The translations under genes and the position numbers were made by a program. Positions 1-10,658 of a DNA stretch of 64,000 nt are shown in pieces (positions within the stretch are counted from its first letter, which is position 1; every line of letters starts with the position of its first letter). Below the pieces are notes generated by a model. That model did no database searches. It was given only the letters and a program-made list of their open reading frames with translations, and was not told the origin of the DNA. The DNA comes from Deinococcota bacterium (GTDB lineage: Bacteria > Deinococcota > Deinococci > Deinococcales > Thermaceae): contig JBGFRI010000027.1 of assembly GCA_041695225.1 (NCBI GenBank), positions 23,440 to 87,439 on the forward strand, read 5' to 3'.

Positions 1-214
1 CCAGTCTCCGCTTTAATAGCTACCGAACAACTGATGTAATGTTCGCAAAGGTCTTTGTAGCTAGCTTTTATCCCTTTGTTGGGACTTGCTCCCTCTGACT
101 TGGCTGGTCGTATCTACCCAGTTCCGGACAAGAAGAAAAATGTTGGCTCTTCCAGAAATAGTGTGGCCTCTATCCAGCTGTCTATCAATGCCGTAGCAAG
201 GTCGGCTATGCGTT

Positions 215-249
215 CTCCCTCTCCCCCTGGGAGAGGGCTGGGGTGAGGG
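215..249. repeat. REP-like palindromic element (CCCTCTCCC-cct-GGGAGAGGG-ctggggtgaggg)
   Basis: Perfect 9-bp stem (217-225/229-237) in intergenic DNA. Resembles the widespread repeat that reads 'PSPQPSPRGRG' when translated. Confidence 0.6.
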
Positions 250-488
250 CTCTAGACATTCAGATTCGAGCCTCCAAGTATAAACCCGGGTTGCGCCTAG
301 TGTTGGCCTGAGGTCATGGCCAATGGGACATAACCGCGTATGGCCGGGTCTAGACGTAGAGAGCCAACCCCCAAATCCGCCGGAGGAGTGGTGAAAATAC
401 TGTGCTCCTAGCAAGCGCCCAACCCAGACAAAACTGGGAAGAGCCGAAATGTTTAGAGCGCACCGGATGGGCATTTGGGAAGTTGAGT

Positions 489-1322
489 TTAGATGTGGCG
501 CTTTAGCCACTCCTCTACATCCCGCAAAACCCGGGCTTTGTCCAGGTCGTTGTGGGGCTCGTGGAACCCACCGGGATAAATCCGCAGCTCCTTGTCGGTA
601 TGGGCCACTTTGTTGAATAGCCAGCCTGCTCCTTCAACGCGATTGATGGCATCGGCTTCGCCGTGCAAAATCAGCAGCGGTGTAACAATATCTTTGGCTT
701 TAGCCTTGACAGACTCAATGGTTTTCAGCACCTCGGTGCCCCAGCGGGCGCTAGCCTGGCCGTGAACCAGGGGGTCGGTAGTGTATGCCTGTACTACCGC
801 GCTGTCGCGTGAAAGGGCTTTTGTATCCAGGCCTAGCCCGAGTGAAAACTGAGGCCAGTAGCGCGAAAGCAGCCGTGCAATGATGATTAGCAGCGGTCTG
901 GCACTCTTGCCTGGCTCAATCAAAGCGCCGCTAACTATGGCCCCTCGCAGGTGGGATGGGAAGTGTATGAGATAGTCGAGCACAACCAGGCTACCCATAC
1001 TGTGGCCGTAGGCAAAAAGTGGAAGGCCGGGCTCGAGCGACTCCACCTTCTGCCGGAATAGAGCAAAATCCATCTGATACTCACTCCAGCGCTCGAGGTG
1101 ACCCCGTTGGCCCGGCGAGCGCCCGTGGCCCCGTTGGTCGAAGGCATATACGACAAACCCTCGGGGAACCAGGTGCTCGACCAGGCTGGTATATCGTCCA
1201 CTGTGCTCACCAAAGCCATGTGCAACCAGCACAGCCGCCTTTGCAGGCAAAGCAGGCCGCCAGCACTGATAAAACAGCGTTAAGCCGTCCGAACCTGTAA
1301 ATCTCCCTTCGCAATGTTCCAT
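489..1322 (-). CDS. Alpha/beta hydrolase (monoglyceride lipase/lysophospholipase family)
   Basis: HGFGEHSGRY, FDQRGHGRS, nucleophile GHSMG, HGEAD and FHE motifs. Start moved to MEHCEG (1322) so the gene does not overlap wecB. Confidence 0.85.
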   Translation of the reverse strand: MEHCEGRFTGSDGLTLFYQCWRPALPAKAAVLVAHGFGEHSGRYTSLVEHLVPRGFVVYAFDQRGHGRSPGQRGHLERWSEYQMDFALFRQKVESLEPGLPLFAYGHSMGSLVVLDYLIHFPSHLRGAIVSGALIEPGKSARPLLIIIARLLSRYWPQFSLGLGLDTKALSRDSAVVQAYTTDPLVHGQASARWGTEVLKTIESVKAKAKDIVTPLLILHGEADAINRVEGAGWLFNKVAHTDKELRIYPGGFHEPHNDLDKARVLRDVEEWLKRHI

Positions 1323-1383
1323 ACAATTCCCCGTTGGCTCATTTTCCAGCCTTTGGCAGGTTATGGCCAGAACGCACTTTCTA

Positions 1384-2520
1384 TCACTCGGTCTGGGCCA
1401 GACCCGGCCAGCTTGCCGGGCGTTCTCCCAGCCCCAGACGCCAGGCCACCCCCTGGGCACAGCGTAGGGCTGCCCGGCCATCGCCGTAGGGGTTGGGCCG
1501 GTTGCGCATAGCTTGGAGGGCTGCCTCATCCGATAGCAGGGTATTGATAGTGGCGAAGACCTGTCCGGGGTCGGTTCCGGCCAGTTTCAAAGCCCCCACC
1601 GCCAGTCCCTCGGGCCGCTCGGTAACGTTGCGCATCACCACCACCGGTACCCCTAGGGTGGCCCCGCTTTCCTGTACTCCCCCGGAGTCGGTCACCAGCA
1701 GGTCGGCGCGTTTCATCAGGCCAGCCATGGCCCCAAACTCCAGCGGCTCCAAAAGCTGGAAGTTTGGCAGGCCGGCGAGCTCGGGATAGACCGCCTCGCG
1801 TACCGCCGGATTCAGATGCACCGGATAGACAAAATGGCAGTCGGGATGGGCCCTGGCTATCCGCCCCAGGGCAGCCGCCAAGCCGCGCATGAAGGGCAGA
1901 TTCTCGCGGCGGTGCATGGTCACGCCCACGATGCGCTTTCCTTCAGGTAAGGGCGGGGGCGTACCGCGCTCACTGGCGTATAGTACGGCATCAACCTCGG
2001 TCTGGCCGGTCACGATGATATTTTGTGCGGCTTTGCCTTCGCGCAAGAGGTTTTCCTTGGAAGTATGGGTGGGAGGCAGGTCCAGGTCAGTCAGCACATC
2101 GGTCAGGCGGCGGTTGGCTTCTTCGGGGAAGGGCTCGAGCATATTGAAGCTACGAAGCCCAGCCTCCACATGGGCCACCGGGATACCCTCGAAAAAAGCC
2201 GCCAGCGTTACGGCAAAGGTAGTAAGGGTATCGCCGTGCACCACCACATAATCGGCCCGCAATTCTTTGAGCTTGTCTGCTGCGGCTGGCACGATGCGTC
2301 CCATCAGGGCAGGTAGAGTCTGGCGGTCGGTCATCACCTGCAGGTCGCTATCAGGCACGATGCCAAACACCCGCAAGGCATCCTCGAGCTGGGTGCGGTG
2401 TTGTCCGGTAGAGAGTACAATAGTCTCTATCCCAGCCTGCTGCCGCATGGCAAAGATAACCGGGGCCATCTTGATGGCCTCGGGCCGGGTACCAAAGGCC
2501 AGCACCACCCGCTGGCTCAT
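1384..2520 (-). CDS. wecB: UDP-N-acetylglucosamine 2-epimerase (non-hydrolysing)
   Basis: [44 protein letters not shown] and NPYGDG motifs. Confidence 0.95.
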   Translation of the reverse strand: MSQRVVLAFGTRPEAIKMAPVIFAMRQQAGIETIVLSTGQHRTQLEDALRVFGIVPDSDLQVMTDRQTLPALMGRIVPAAADKLKELRADYVVVHGDTLTTFAVTLAAFFEGIPVAHVEAGLRSFNMLEPFPEEANRRLTDVLTDLDLPPTHTSKENLLREGKAAQNIIVTGQTEVDAVLYASERGTPPPLPEGKRIVGVTMHRRENLPFMRGLAAALGRIARAHPDCHFVYPVHLNPAVREAVYPELAGLPNFQLLEPLEFGAMAGLMKRADLLVTDSGGVQESGATLGVPVVVMRNVTERPEGLAVGALKLAGTDPGQVFATINTLLSDEAALQAMRNRPNPYGDGRAALRCAQGVAWRLGLGERPASWPGLAQTE

Positions 2521-2774
2521 CCTGTCCCCTGGCTACTGGTGTGCAAAGAATACGCGCCCATCTTACTGCCTCATAGTCTACACAAGCTATCTACGCCGGC
2601 TACCGCTGTGAGCCAGGGTTATTCTTATGTGGTTTTCGTTGTTCCTTGTAAGGTTTTTGGGCCGATGACCTGCTTTAACGGCTGTGCCTCAGTTCCCTCA
2701 ACCAGACCGACACCTGTTGCGCAGGCCCTGCATTGTAATCCACTCTAAACGCCGTGGAAGCACGACCCTGATGC

Positions 2775-3281
2775 TTAGCGGCGACGACGTAGCAGGCGTG
2801 AGTCTGGCCAGATACCATCGGCAATCAGGTGCAGCCACTGAGAGGCATAATACCCCAAGACCAGCGCCCACAAGACTTCTGGTGGGGGTACTTTAAGCTG
2901 GGCCTGCACATCTAAACTGACCCCCATATAGCCGGTGATGGCCGTACTGAGCCAGTACAAAGCTACCCCCATCGCGCCGAGGTACATGATGCGCGTTAGG
3001 GGGCCCACTATCCAGGTGTGAGAAAGCCCTCGATGGGAAAAAATCCAGCCATAGGGTACCCAGAACAAACCCAACCAACCCCAGCGTCCTTTGGCCTGCA
3101 CCTGTCGCTCGGCGAGATCGAGGTCGGGGGTAATCAGGAAAGTTCCCAGCAAGAAGCTGCCGACAAAGGCCACTGCAACGGGCTGGCTGATGGCGATATC
3201 CTGCTGGAAGACCCAGTAAGCGGCTGAGCCTAGCCCCAGCGCGCCAGTGTTGATGGCTTCGTGAACACGACCAGACGGCAC
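2775..3281 (-). CDS. Putative metal-binding membrane protein (DUF2227-like)
   Basis: MPSGRVH...TPDLDL...SHRGLSH...HLIAD pattern with TM segments. TAAACT -10 box 6 nt upstream of the GTG start. Confidence 0.75.
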   Translation of the reverse strand: MPSGRVHEAINTGALGLGSAAYWVFQQDIAISQPVAVAFVGSFLLGTFLITPDLDLAERQVQAKGRWGWLGLFWVPYGWIFSHRGLSHTWIVGPLTRIMYLGAMGVALYWLSTAITGYMGVSLDVQAQLKVPPPEVLWALVLGYYASQWLHLIADGIWPDSRLLRRRR

Positions 3282-3437
3282 CTGTGTAGTTTACTGCTCG
3301 GGCTGGGGGTTTGGTCCCAAGCCAACAATATCGTAAGCCCATCAGCCGACGGGTGATCTGGACTGCTTTCCCGTTGGCTACGCCTCAGGGTCGCAGAGAC
3401 CCGAAAAATCTATTCCTACCGAGGTTACCAGAGAGTC

Positions 3438-4367
3438 TCAGGACAGTCCAGTTATTTCGAGTATAAACAGCATATACAACACTAAAAATAGCATACCCTC
3501 CCAGTTGGAGATGCGCCGGTCTTGCACCAAAAGATAAAACAAGAGCGAGGAGCCTGCCATAAAGGGGAGGGCAAACCCAGTTAGCTCGGGGGGTGCTTGA
3601 ACGGTCCCATATGCTGCTCCAGCTCCCACTACCACCAGTGCATTAAAGACACAAGAACCCAGGATGCTGCCTACTGCTAGAGAGGCTTTACCCTGTCGCG
3701 CAGCCGTAAGACACACCACCAGTTCGGGCAGGGTGGTACCCAGCGCCAGAATCGTCACCGCCACAATGGCTGTAGGGACCCCCAGGCCGGTCGCCAAGCC
3801 CTGGAGGCTCCCCACAGTCCAGACCGCGCCAAAATAGATGCCCACAGCACTGAACAAAACAATTAGCAGGTCTTGCACAGCAATGGGGGTCCTGGTTTTG
3901 ATGTTGCGCCAACCACTGCTCTCTCGGAGCAGATACCCTACATAAAGCAGATAGACCAGCAGCATTAACAGCCCCTCTACCCGGCCCACCATCCCGTCAA
4001 ACATGACCACGCTAAGTACAAAGGCCGAACCCACCAGAAAATGCAGATCAATTGCGATATACTTCTCGCCGAGATAAACTGGCCGCAACACCGAAAAAAC
4101 CGCAGTCACACCGAGGACAAGAAGTAGATTGGACACATTGGCACCGAGAACGTTGCCACTCACTATTTCCGAAACCCCCTGGCGTACTGCGATCAGACCC
4201 GAGACCAGTTCGGGTAACGATGTTCCTACTCCTACGATAATGACTCCCACCATGAAGGTAGAAAGACCCAGCGCCAGCCCAATGCGTTCGGCAGACCTGG
4301 TAAATAGGCGAGCTGAGATCAGCAACAGGGCAAGGCTGCCTGCGAAAACTAAGAACAGTAGCCACAT
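3438..4367 (-). CDS. Calcium/sodium antiporter (YrbG/CaCA family)
   Basis: Two alpha-repeats (GTSLPEL...GNVLGAN and GTTLPEL...GSILGS) and about 10 TM helices. Start trimmed to MWLLFLVF. Confidence 0.88.
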   Translation of the reverse strand: MWLLFLVFAGSLALLLISARLFTRSAERIGLALGLSTFMVGVIIVGVGTSLPELVSGLIAVRQGVSEIVSGNVLGANVSNLLLVLGVTAVFSVLRPVYLGEKYIAIDLHFLVGSAFVLSVVMFDGMVGRVEGLLMLLVYLLYVGYLLRESSGWRNIKTRTPIAVQDLLIVLFSAVGIYFGAVWTVGSLQGLATGLGVPTAIVAVTILALGTTLPELVVCLTAARQGKASLAVGSILGSCVFNALVVVGAGAAYGTVQAPPELTGFALPFMAGSSLLFYLLVQDRRISNWEGMLFLVLYMLFILEITGLS

Positions 4368-4729
4368 GGGGAGTACCTGCTTAGCACCATACACACAAAA
4401 ACATTCATAATCCAAATATACCGGGTCGCAGTCTGACGATAGCCTGGATCCCAAAGCCGGACACTGAGCACAGACCGGACGCCGCATCTCGCCGTCATTG
4501 CAGGGAGGCCAAAGGCCGACGCAGCAACCCAGAATCAGCGAGTGGGCTAGTGGACGGCTCCTGCGCCTCGTAGTGACCGCTGAGGCCTTCGGGACTATCC
4601 AAGTTTTATCCTGCATCATCTAGTGGCCCGCCTCAGTGCCTTGCAGTGACGACGGAGACTGCACACACGCGCTGGGCGAAAGTTAGCGATTGACAGCGCA
4701 CTAGCAAACAGCGCGATAAAATATCCTCC

Positions 4730-5833
4730 ATGCGTCCCGCCTGGCTGGAAGTCAGTTTCGATGCCCTGGCCCACAATCTGAATCTGCTGCGGGCTAAGGC
4801 AGGTAATGCGCAGGTGGTAGGGGTTGTCAAGGCCAACGCCTACGGACATGGCGCGGTGGAGGTGGGCAAGGAATTGCTTCGGCTAGGGGTCTGGGGGCTG
4901 GCCGTGGCCACGACCGAAGAAGCCCGTGAACTGCGTAAGGCCGGCATTGTAGCCCGAATTTTGTTACTGGGCAGCCTGCACCCCGGGCAAGTGAGGGAAG
5001 TGGTCGAGCTGAACCTAATTCCCTCTATTTCGACCCCGGAAAGCGCCGAGGCGTTAAATGCTGTGGGAAAGGCGGTGGTGGTACACCTCGAGTTCGACAC
5101 CGGGATGGGCCGGGTGGGCTTTCAGCCCGGGGTAGCCCAGACGGTCAAAGAACACTTTGTCCGCTATGAAAACTTGCTTATCCAGGGTATCTACTCCCAC
5201 TTTGCCGATGCCGAGAAAAACCCCATCTGGACAAAAGAGCAAATTGCCAGCTTCGCGCAGGTGCAGCAGGTGTTTGGGCCAGGCTACTTCTACCATCTGT
5301 GCAACACCGCCGGAACTGTTAATTTTAGTAAATATGGTTTTAGCGCTGTACGCCCAGGGATTGGGCTGTATGGGTTGCTGCCCGACCTGGGTCTGAATCC
5401 CATTGCCCGCCTGCTAGCTAAACCTACCCAGGTAAAACTGCTTCCAGCTGGGCGCAAAATTGGCTACAGCGGTCTGTACACCACCCAGGGCCCGGAATGG
5501 ATTGCCACCCTGCCGGTTGGTTATGCTGACGGTATGCCCCGGCTGGTCTTCAACCGGGCCACGGTGCGGTTTTATGATGCCGAGTCTCATAACCCCTGCG
5601 CCTGCCTGGTGGTGGGAGGGGTTTCGATGGACCAGATCACGGTTAGAATTCCTAAGCCGGTGGGTTTAGATCAGATATTTGAAGTGGCGACTGCGGACTT
5701 TGACCCCACCAGCAGTCTGTGGGGCTGGGCGGAACTGACTAAAACGGTGAGCTACGAACCGGCGGTGCGGCTATCGCCCCGTCTGCCACGGGTATATCTG
5801 CGCGACGGGGTGGAGGTTGCACGCACGGGGTAG
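4730..5833 (+). CDS. alr: Alanine racemase
   Basis: VVKANAYGHG (PLP lysine), DTGMGRVG, SHFADA, VRPGIGLYG, GYADG and SMDQ motifs. Confidence 0.95.
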   Translation: MRPAWLEVSFDALAHNLNLLRAKAGNAQVVGVVKANAYGHGAVEVGKELLRLGVWGLAVATTEEARELRKAGIVARILLLGSLHPGQVREVVELNLIPSISTPESAEALNAVGKAVVVHLEFDTGMGRVGFQPGVAQTVKEHFVRYENLLIQGIYSHFADAEKNPIWTKEQIASFAQVQQVFGPGYFYHLCNTAGTVNFSKYGFSAVRPGIGLYGLLPDLGLNPIARLLAKPTQVKLLPAGRKIGYSGLYTTQGPEWIATLPVGYADGMPRLVFNRATVRFYDAESHNPCACLVVGGVSMDQITVRIPKPVGLDQIFEVATADFDPTSSLWGWAELTKTVSYEPAVRLSPRLPRVYLRDGVEVARTG

Positions 5834-5896
5834 TGTGCGCCCCGGAGCCGGTACGAGATACTTTTGCTTTCCAAGCCAGCGGCGAGAATCGGGTAG

Positions 5897-6226
5897 GTGA
5901 ATGCGGTGAAAGCCATCAAGCTGTTTCAGGGCTACTTGTGGCACCCTAAAGGGCTAGACTTCGACCCACGCACAGCCATTCCCCGCCAGCTGGGGGAGGT
6001 GCATGTGCTGATTGACAGGGTGCGCGCGCCCATGACCTTTTTCGATAATGGCAGCCTGACCGAGACCCAGGAGTTCTACCAGGTCACGCTGCTGGTGCGC
6101 ACCGAGCAAGAGCCAGACGAACTGAAGCCCCTGGCCCAGTGGGTGAGCCAGGAGCTAAACCCCCACCTCGAGGCCACGCCCAAAGAGGTGGGCTGGCAAC
6201 TGCTGGAAGACCTGCGGCAAATGTGA
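5897..6226 (+). CDS. Conserved Deinococcus-Thermus hypothetical protein (DUF3208-like)
   Basis: 109 aa with LFQGYLWHP and GWQLLEDLR motifs recalled from this family. Lies directly after alr. Confidence 0.6.
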   Translation: MNAVKAIKLFQGYLWHPKGLDFDPRTAIPRQLGEVHVLIDRVRAPMTFFDNGSLTETQEFYQVTLLVRTEQEPDELKPLAQWVSQELNPHLEATPKEVGWQLLEDLRQM

Positions 6227-6395
6227 GCGGCTTTTTCAGACCAGTCTGACGGGCTGGGTCAAGATGAAGCTCAGCCCTGCAGTTTTGACGGGCCGCAGGT
6301 CAGCAAGCCTAGCAGCAGCTTGTGGTCTTAGAAGCTACCCCGTACGCCAGCCCCAAACCATGCCCTGGGACATAAGTGGCCAGTGAGACTGGATC

Positions 6396-7145
6396 CTATG
6401 AAGTTTTAGACCCGGCTCCGTCGAGTTTAGTCCACTGGGTCTGGTCGTGGTCGGGGATCAGGTCCTCGGCCTGACGCACCACCCGAAACAAGTAACCTCC
6501 CAGACCCACTGCCATCCCCAGCAGGCCGCTTACCACCAGCAGCAGGCCCATCCCGGCCCCTGGCCCCACGCCCAGCAGGCCGCCAAACAGGTCGGCCAGG
6601 GAGCCGCCGGGCATCATGGCGGGAGTGAGAACCCGGTCGGCCAGCGGCCCAGCTATCAGCATGGCCACTGGGCCCGCCGCCCAGGCAATCATGCGCCGGG
6701 CCGAGAAGACCCTGCCCTGTACATCGGGAGGCACCTTGGCCTGCCAGATGGCCTGATTGGAGCCATTCAGCATGGGCACAATTAGCGCAAAGACAAAGGC
6801 GCAGGCCGCCCAGACCCAGACGCTCTGCCCCAGCCCCAGCAGCACACTGCCGAAAAAACTCGAGAGCACCCAGCCCAGCAGCACCCCATGCACTTTGCGG
6901 CGCGGACCTCCCCAGGTTGCCAGCAGCAAGCCGCCCAGCACCCCACCAATGCCCGCCGCACTCTGCACCGTGGCCAGCGCGGTCTCGCTCGAGGTGGTGC
7001 GGGCCAGAATCATGGCGGCCATGGCGACCGAACCCAGGTTGGCCGCCAGATTTCCCAACAAAAATACCAGCTGCAAACCCCAACTGGAGCAGAAAAATAC
7101 GTGATGCACCTGGGCCTGGCCCACACCCCCGACCCCTAGAGCCAT
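6396..7145 (-). pseudogene. C-terminal half of an MFS (DHA3/Mef-like) efflux transporter
   Basis: Only about 6 TM helices, including QAKVPPDVQGRVFSARR. The N-terminal half is missing and there is no credible start. Confidence 0.6.
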
Positions 7146-7291
7146 CCGTCGAGTTGCATCTCTGTAGTGTCCAATATGGCTGAGCGAGGCAACAGGGTTG
7201 GGGGAAAGAACAGCCCTTGTGGAGATATGTTCTGTCTCTATTAGGAATGAGGGGCTGGACGGCGGTTCGCAAGAACCATACCCGGGGCGCC

Positions 7292-8062
7292 TCAGTCGTC
7301 TGCCGCCGACCGCGAGCCGTCTGGGCGCTTCTTGCTACCAAACAAGCGCCGGAAGAAGCTCAGCACCGGGTCGTAGTACTCGTCCACTACCCGCTCTTTG
7401 AGCGGGATGATGGCGTTATCGGTGATGTGGATGTGCTCGGGGCAGACCTCGGTACAGCACTTGGTGATGTTGCAGAAACCGATGCCACCCTCGTTCTTGA
7501 GCATCTCGAGGCGGCTGGCGGTATCCAGGGGATGCATCTCCAGGCTGGCCGTGCGCACCAGCAGGCGAGGCCCGATAAAGCCCGTTTTCTCGTCGTGGTC
7601 GCGCAGTACGTGACAAACATTCTGGCACAGGAAGCACTCGATACACTTGCGGAACTCCTGCACCCGGTCCACGTCCTCCTGCATCATGATCCAGTCGGTG
7701 TTGGGCGCCGGGGTAAAGGGCTTGATTTTCTTGTTGGCCTCGTAGTTCCACTGCACGTCGGTGGTCAGGTCGCGGATCAGCGGGAAGGTCTTCATGGGCC
7801 GAACCGTGATGGGCTTGGAGGTGTCAATGGAGTCTAGCCGGGTCATGCACATCAGGGTCGGCTTGCCGTTGACCTCGGCTCCGCAGGAGCCACACTTTCC
7901 GGCTTTACAGTTCCAGCGGCAGGCCAGGTCGGGGGCTTGTTCGGCCTGGATCTGCTGGATGGCGTCCAGCACTACCATCCCCTCCTCCACCACCACGGTG
8001 TAATCCTTCAGCTCACCGCCGCTCTTGTCGCCCCGGAACACCTTAAAGTTGAGGTTTTGCAT
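7292..8062 (-). CDS. sdhB: Succinate dehydrogenase/fumarate reductase Fe-S subunit (Sdh1 type)
   Basis: CRWNCKAGKCGSC, CIECFLCQNVC and CNITKCCTEVC cluster motifs. Confidence 0.9.
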   Translation of the reverse strand: MQNLNFKVFRGDKSGGELKDYTVVVEEGMVVLDAIQQIQAEQAPDLACRWNCKAGKCGSCGAEVNGKPTLMCMTRLDSIDTSKPITVRPMKTFPLIRDLTTDVQWNYEANKKIKPFTPAPNTDWIMMQEDVDRVQEFRKCIECFLCQNVCHVLRDHDEKTGFIGPRLLVRTASLEMHPLDTASRLEMLKNEGGIGFCNITKCCTEVCPEHIHITDNAIIPLKERVVDEYYDPVLSFFRRLFGSKKRPDGSRSAADD

Positions 8063-8063
8063 C

Positions 8064-9893
8064 TCAGGCTCCTACCTTGTCGCTGAGTTCTTTGAGGTCT
8101 TTGACCTCGGCTATCCTGCGCCGGTCTTCGGGCATCTCGGGCAGCGGCTCGGCTACCACACTGAGGGCGCCATCGCTGCTGCGGCGGATGATGTGGTTTA
8201 GCCTGGCGAAGGTGGCATCGGGGTCGGGGTAGTCCAGCCGGGCGTGCCCACCCCGGCTCTCCTTACGGGCCAGCGCGGCCAGTACCACCGCCTCGGAAAT
8301 CTCTACCATCAGTTGGATGTCAATAGCAGTGTGCCAGCCGGGGTTGTAGACCCGGGTTCCGGTGGCGGAGGTCTGCTTGGCGCGCTGTTTGAGGCTTGCC
8401 AGAATATCTAGCTGGGTTTTGAGCTCACTCTCTTCGCGCATGATGCCCGCATTCTGTTGCATGGTGGAGCGCAGTTCTTTCATGAGTGCAAAGGGGTTCT
8501 CGCCCTGGGGATTAGAAAAGGGCTCGAGGGCTTCAGCGATATACTCACGCACCTGGGCATCACTAACCATGCCAGAACTACCCGGTGCTGCTGCATACTC
8601 TGCGGCCGCAAGGCCGGCCCGCTGGCCAAACACCACCAGGTCGGAAAGCGAGTTTCCGCCCAGGCGGTTGGCTCCGTGCAGGCCGCCAGCCACCTCGCCC
8701 GCAGCATAGAGGCCCGGAACATTGGTGGCCTGGGTATCGGGGTCAACGCGGACGCCGCCCATCACATAATGGCAGGTTGGTCCGACTTCCATGGGTTCTT
8801 TGGTGATGTCCAGGTTGGCCAGCTTCATGAACTGGTGGTACATGCTGGGGAGCTTTTTCTTGATGTAGTCGGCAGGGCGGCGGCTAGCGATATCCAGATA
8901 AGCCCCACCGTGCGGGCTGCCCCGGCCTTCGTTGACCTCGCGGCGGATGGCCCTGGCTACCACGTCTCGGACCAGCAGCTCTGGGGGACGGCGGGCCTCG
9001 CGGTCGCCGCCCAGCCACTTTTCAGCCTCTTCTTCGGTCTCGGCGAACTCACCCTTGTAGCGCTCGGGCACGTTGTCGAACATAAAGCGCCTGCCCTCGC
9101 GGTTCTTAAGCACCCCGCCCTCGCCCCGCACCCCCTCGGTAACAAGCACCCCCATCACGCCCGGGGGCCAGATCATGCCGGTGGGGTGAAACTGGATGAA
9201 CTCCATGTCAATCAGGTCGGCCCCCACCATGCTGGCCAGTGCGAAGCCATCTCCGGTACACTCCCAGGAGTTGGAGGTGATCTGGTAAATGCGGCCCAGC
9301 CCGCCGGTTGCGAGAATCACTGCTCTGGCCCGAAATACCAGAAATTCGCCGGTCTGGCGGTCGAAACCCAAAGCCCCTACCACAGCCCCGCCCTCGGTGA
9401 GGAGGCGGTAGATGGTGGTCTCCATATGGGCGTTGATACCAACCTTCACCGCGTGGTCTTGCAGGGTGCGGATCAGCTCGAGCCCCGTGCGGTCTCCCAC
9501 ATGAGCCAGGCGGGGGTAGGAGTGCCCGCCGAAGTTGCGTTGATTGATTCTCCCATCGGGTGTACGGTCAAAAACAGCGCCCCACCGCTCGAGCTCAAGC
9601 ACCCGCTCGGCGGCCTCTTTGGTGTAGTTCTCCACCATCTTCCAGTTGTTGAGCATCCCGCCACCCTTGAGGGTATCGCGGAAGTGCACCTTCCAGTTGT
9701 CTTCGGGGCGAGCATTGCCCAGGGCCGCGGCCATGCCGCCCTCGGCCATCACGGTATGGGCCTTGCCCAGCAGGCTCTTGCTGACCACCCCTACCCGGGC
9801 CCCTTTTTCAATGGCAGCGATGGCAGCTCGCAGGCCCGCCCCGCCAGCGCCGATTACCAGTACGTCGTAGTCGTAGGTTGTGTAGGACTCCAT
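8064..9893 (-). CDS. sdhA: Succinate dehydrogenase/fumarate reductase flavoprotein subunit (Sdh1 type)
   Basis: GAGGAG, AHTVMAEGG (covalent FAD His), QFHPTG, TEGVRGEGG, HYVMGG, HGANRLGGNSL and ESRGGH motifs. Confidence 0.92.
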   Translation of the reverse strand: MESYTTYDYDVLVIGAGGAGLRAAIAAIEKGARVGVVSKSLLGKAHTVMAEGGMAAALGNARPEDNWKVHFRDTLKGGGMLNNWKMVENYTKEAAERVLELERWGAVFDRTPDGRINQRNFGGHSYPRLAHVGDRTGLELIRTLQDHAVKVGINAHMETTIYRLLTEGGAVVGALGFDRQTGEFLVFRARAVILATGGLGRIYQITSNSWECTGDGFALASMVGADLIDMEFIQFHPTGMIWPPGVMGVLVTEGVRGEGGVLKNREGRRFMFDNVPERYKGEFAETEEEAEKWLGGDREARRPPELLVRDVVARAIRREVNEGRGSPHGGAYLDIASRRPADYIKKKLPSMYHQFMKLANLDITKEPMEVGPTCHYVMGGVRVDPDTQATNVPGLYAAGEVAGGLHGANRLGGNSLSDLVVFGQRAGLAAAEYAAAPGSSGMVSDAQVREYIAEALEPFSNPQGENPFALMKELRSTMQQNAGIMREESELKTQLDILASLKQRAKQTSATGTRVYNPGWHTAIDIQLMVEISEAVVLAALARKESRGGHARLDYPDPDATFARLNHIIRRSSDGALSVVAEPLPEMPEDRRRIAEVKDLKELSDKVGA

Positions 9894-9905
9894 AACCGGG
9901 CTCCT

Positions 9906-10658
9906 TTAGAAAAAGCGGAAATCGCTGATGATGCCCATTGAACACATGCGGATGTACACGTCGGTGAACCAGACCGAGAGCATACTGGTAACACCCCAGA
10001 AACCATGGCTTTTATTGATATTGCTAATGCGCTGCCAGAGGCCGTAGCGGGCCTTGTGTTTGGACATGCAGTTGAGGCAGCCACCGGCTATGTGCCGCCA
10101 GGCATGGCAAGAGAAAGTGTAGTAGGAAAGTAGGATTACGTTTGCCAGCATGATCAGGCTACCCACCCCGACCCCAAATCCGTCGCTGAAAAAGAAGGCT
10201 TTAAGGGCGTCGTACCACAAGAAAACCATCACCGGAATGGAGAAATAAAAGAAATAGCGGTGCAGGTTATTTAGGACGAAAGGAAAACGCTGTTCGCCAC
10301 TATACGACTTCCTTAGCTCGGGGACTGCGCACGATGGCGGATCCCAGAAGAAGGCCCGGTAGTAGGCCTTGCGGTAGTAGTAACAGGTTGCCCTGAAGCC
10401 CAGGGGGATCCACAGTACCAGGAAGGCTGGTGAGATGGCCAGCCAGTCCAGGTCGCGGGCGTAAACCCCCGGGATGGGGATCGAGTAAAAGGGCGATATG
10501 TACGGCCCATACTCGAAGTGCTGGCGGTTCCAGGCCACCCACAGCGCATACACTCCGAACAAGCCCAGGCTCAGCACCGTAAATAGGGGCTCGATCCACC
10601 ACTTGTCCTGCCGATCGGCTAGCCGATTTTCTGTACCCGTCACTGGTTTCGTGCTCAT
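9906..10658 (-). CDS. Sdh1-type membrane anchor subunit (Rv0249c-like)
   Basis: Multi-TM protein with RATCYYYRKAYYRAFF, NNLHRYFFY and SCHAWRHIAGG motifs. Directly upstream of sdhA. Start at MSTKP. Confidence 0.8.
   Translation of the reverse strand: MSTKPVTGTENRLADRQDKWWIEPLFTVLSLGLFGVYALWVAWNRQHFEYGPYISPFYSIPIPGVYARDLDWLAISPAFLVLWIPLGFRATCYYYRKAYYRAFFWDPPSCAVPELRKSYSGEQRFPFVLNNLHRYFFYFSIPVMVFLWYDALKAFFFSDGFGVGVGSLIMLANVILLSYYTFSCHAWRHIAGGCLNCMSKHKARYGLWQRISNINKSHGFWGVTSMLSVWFTDVYIRMCSMGIISDFRFF

Noticed and set aside
61..510. ORF 61-510 (-)
   Set aside because: No domain-like content, and it reads through the REP-like repeat (PSPQPSPRGRG).
8457..9941. Long antisense/shadow ORFs (for example 8457-9941, 54058-55317, 58545-59513, 42733-43704, 24468-25577)
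   Set aside because: They lie opposite well-supported genes, which is a typical high-GC codon-bias artefact.
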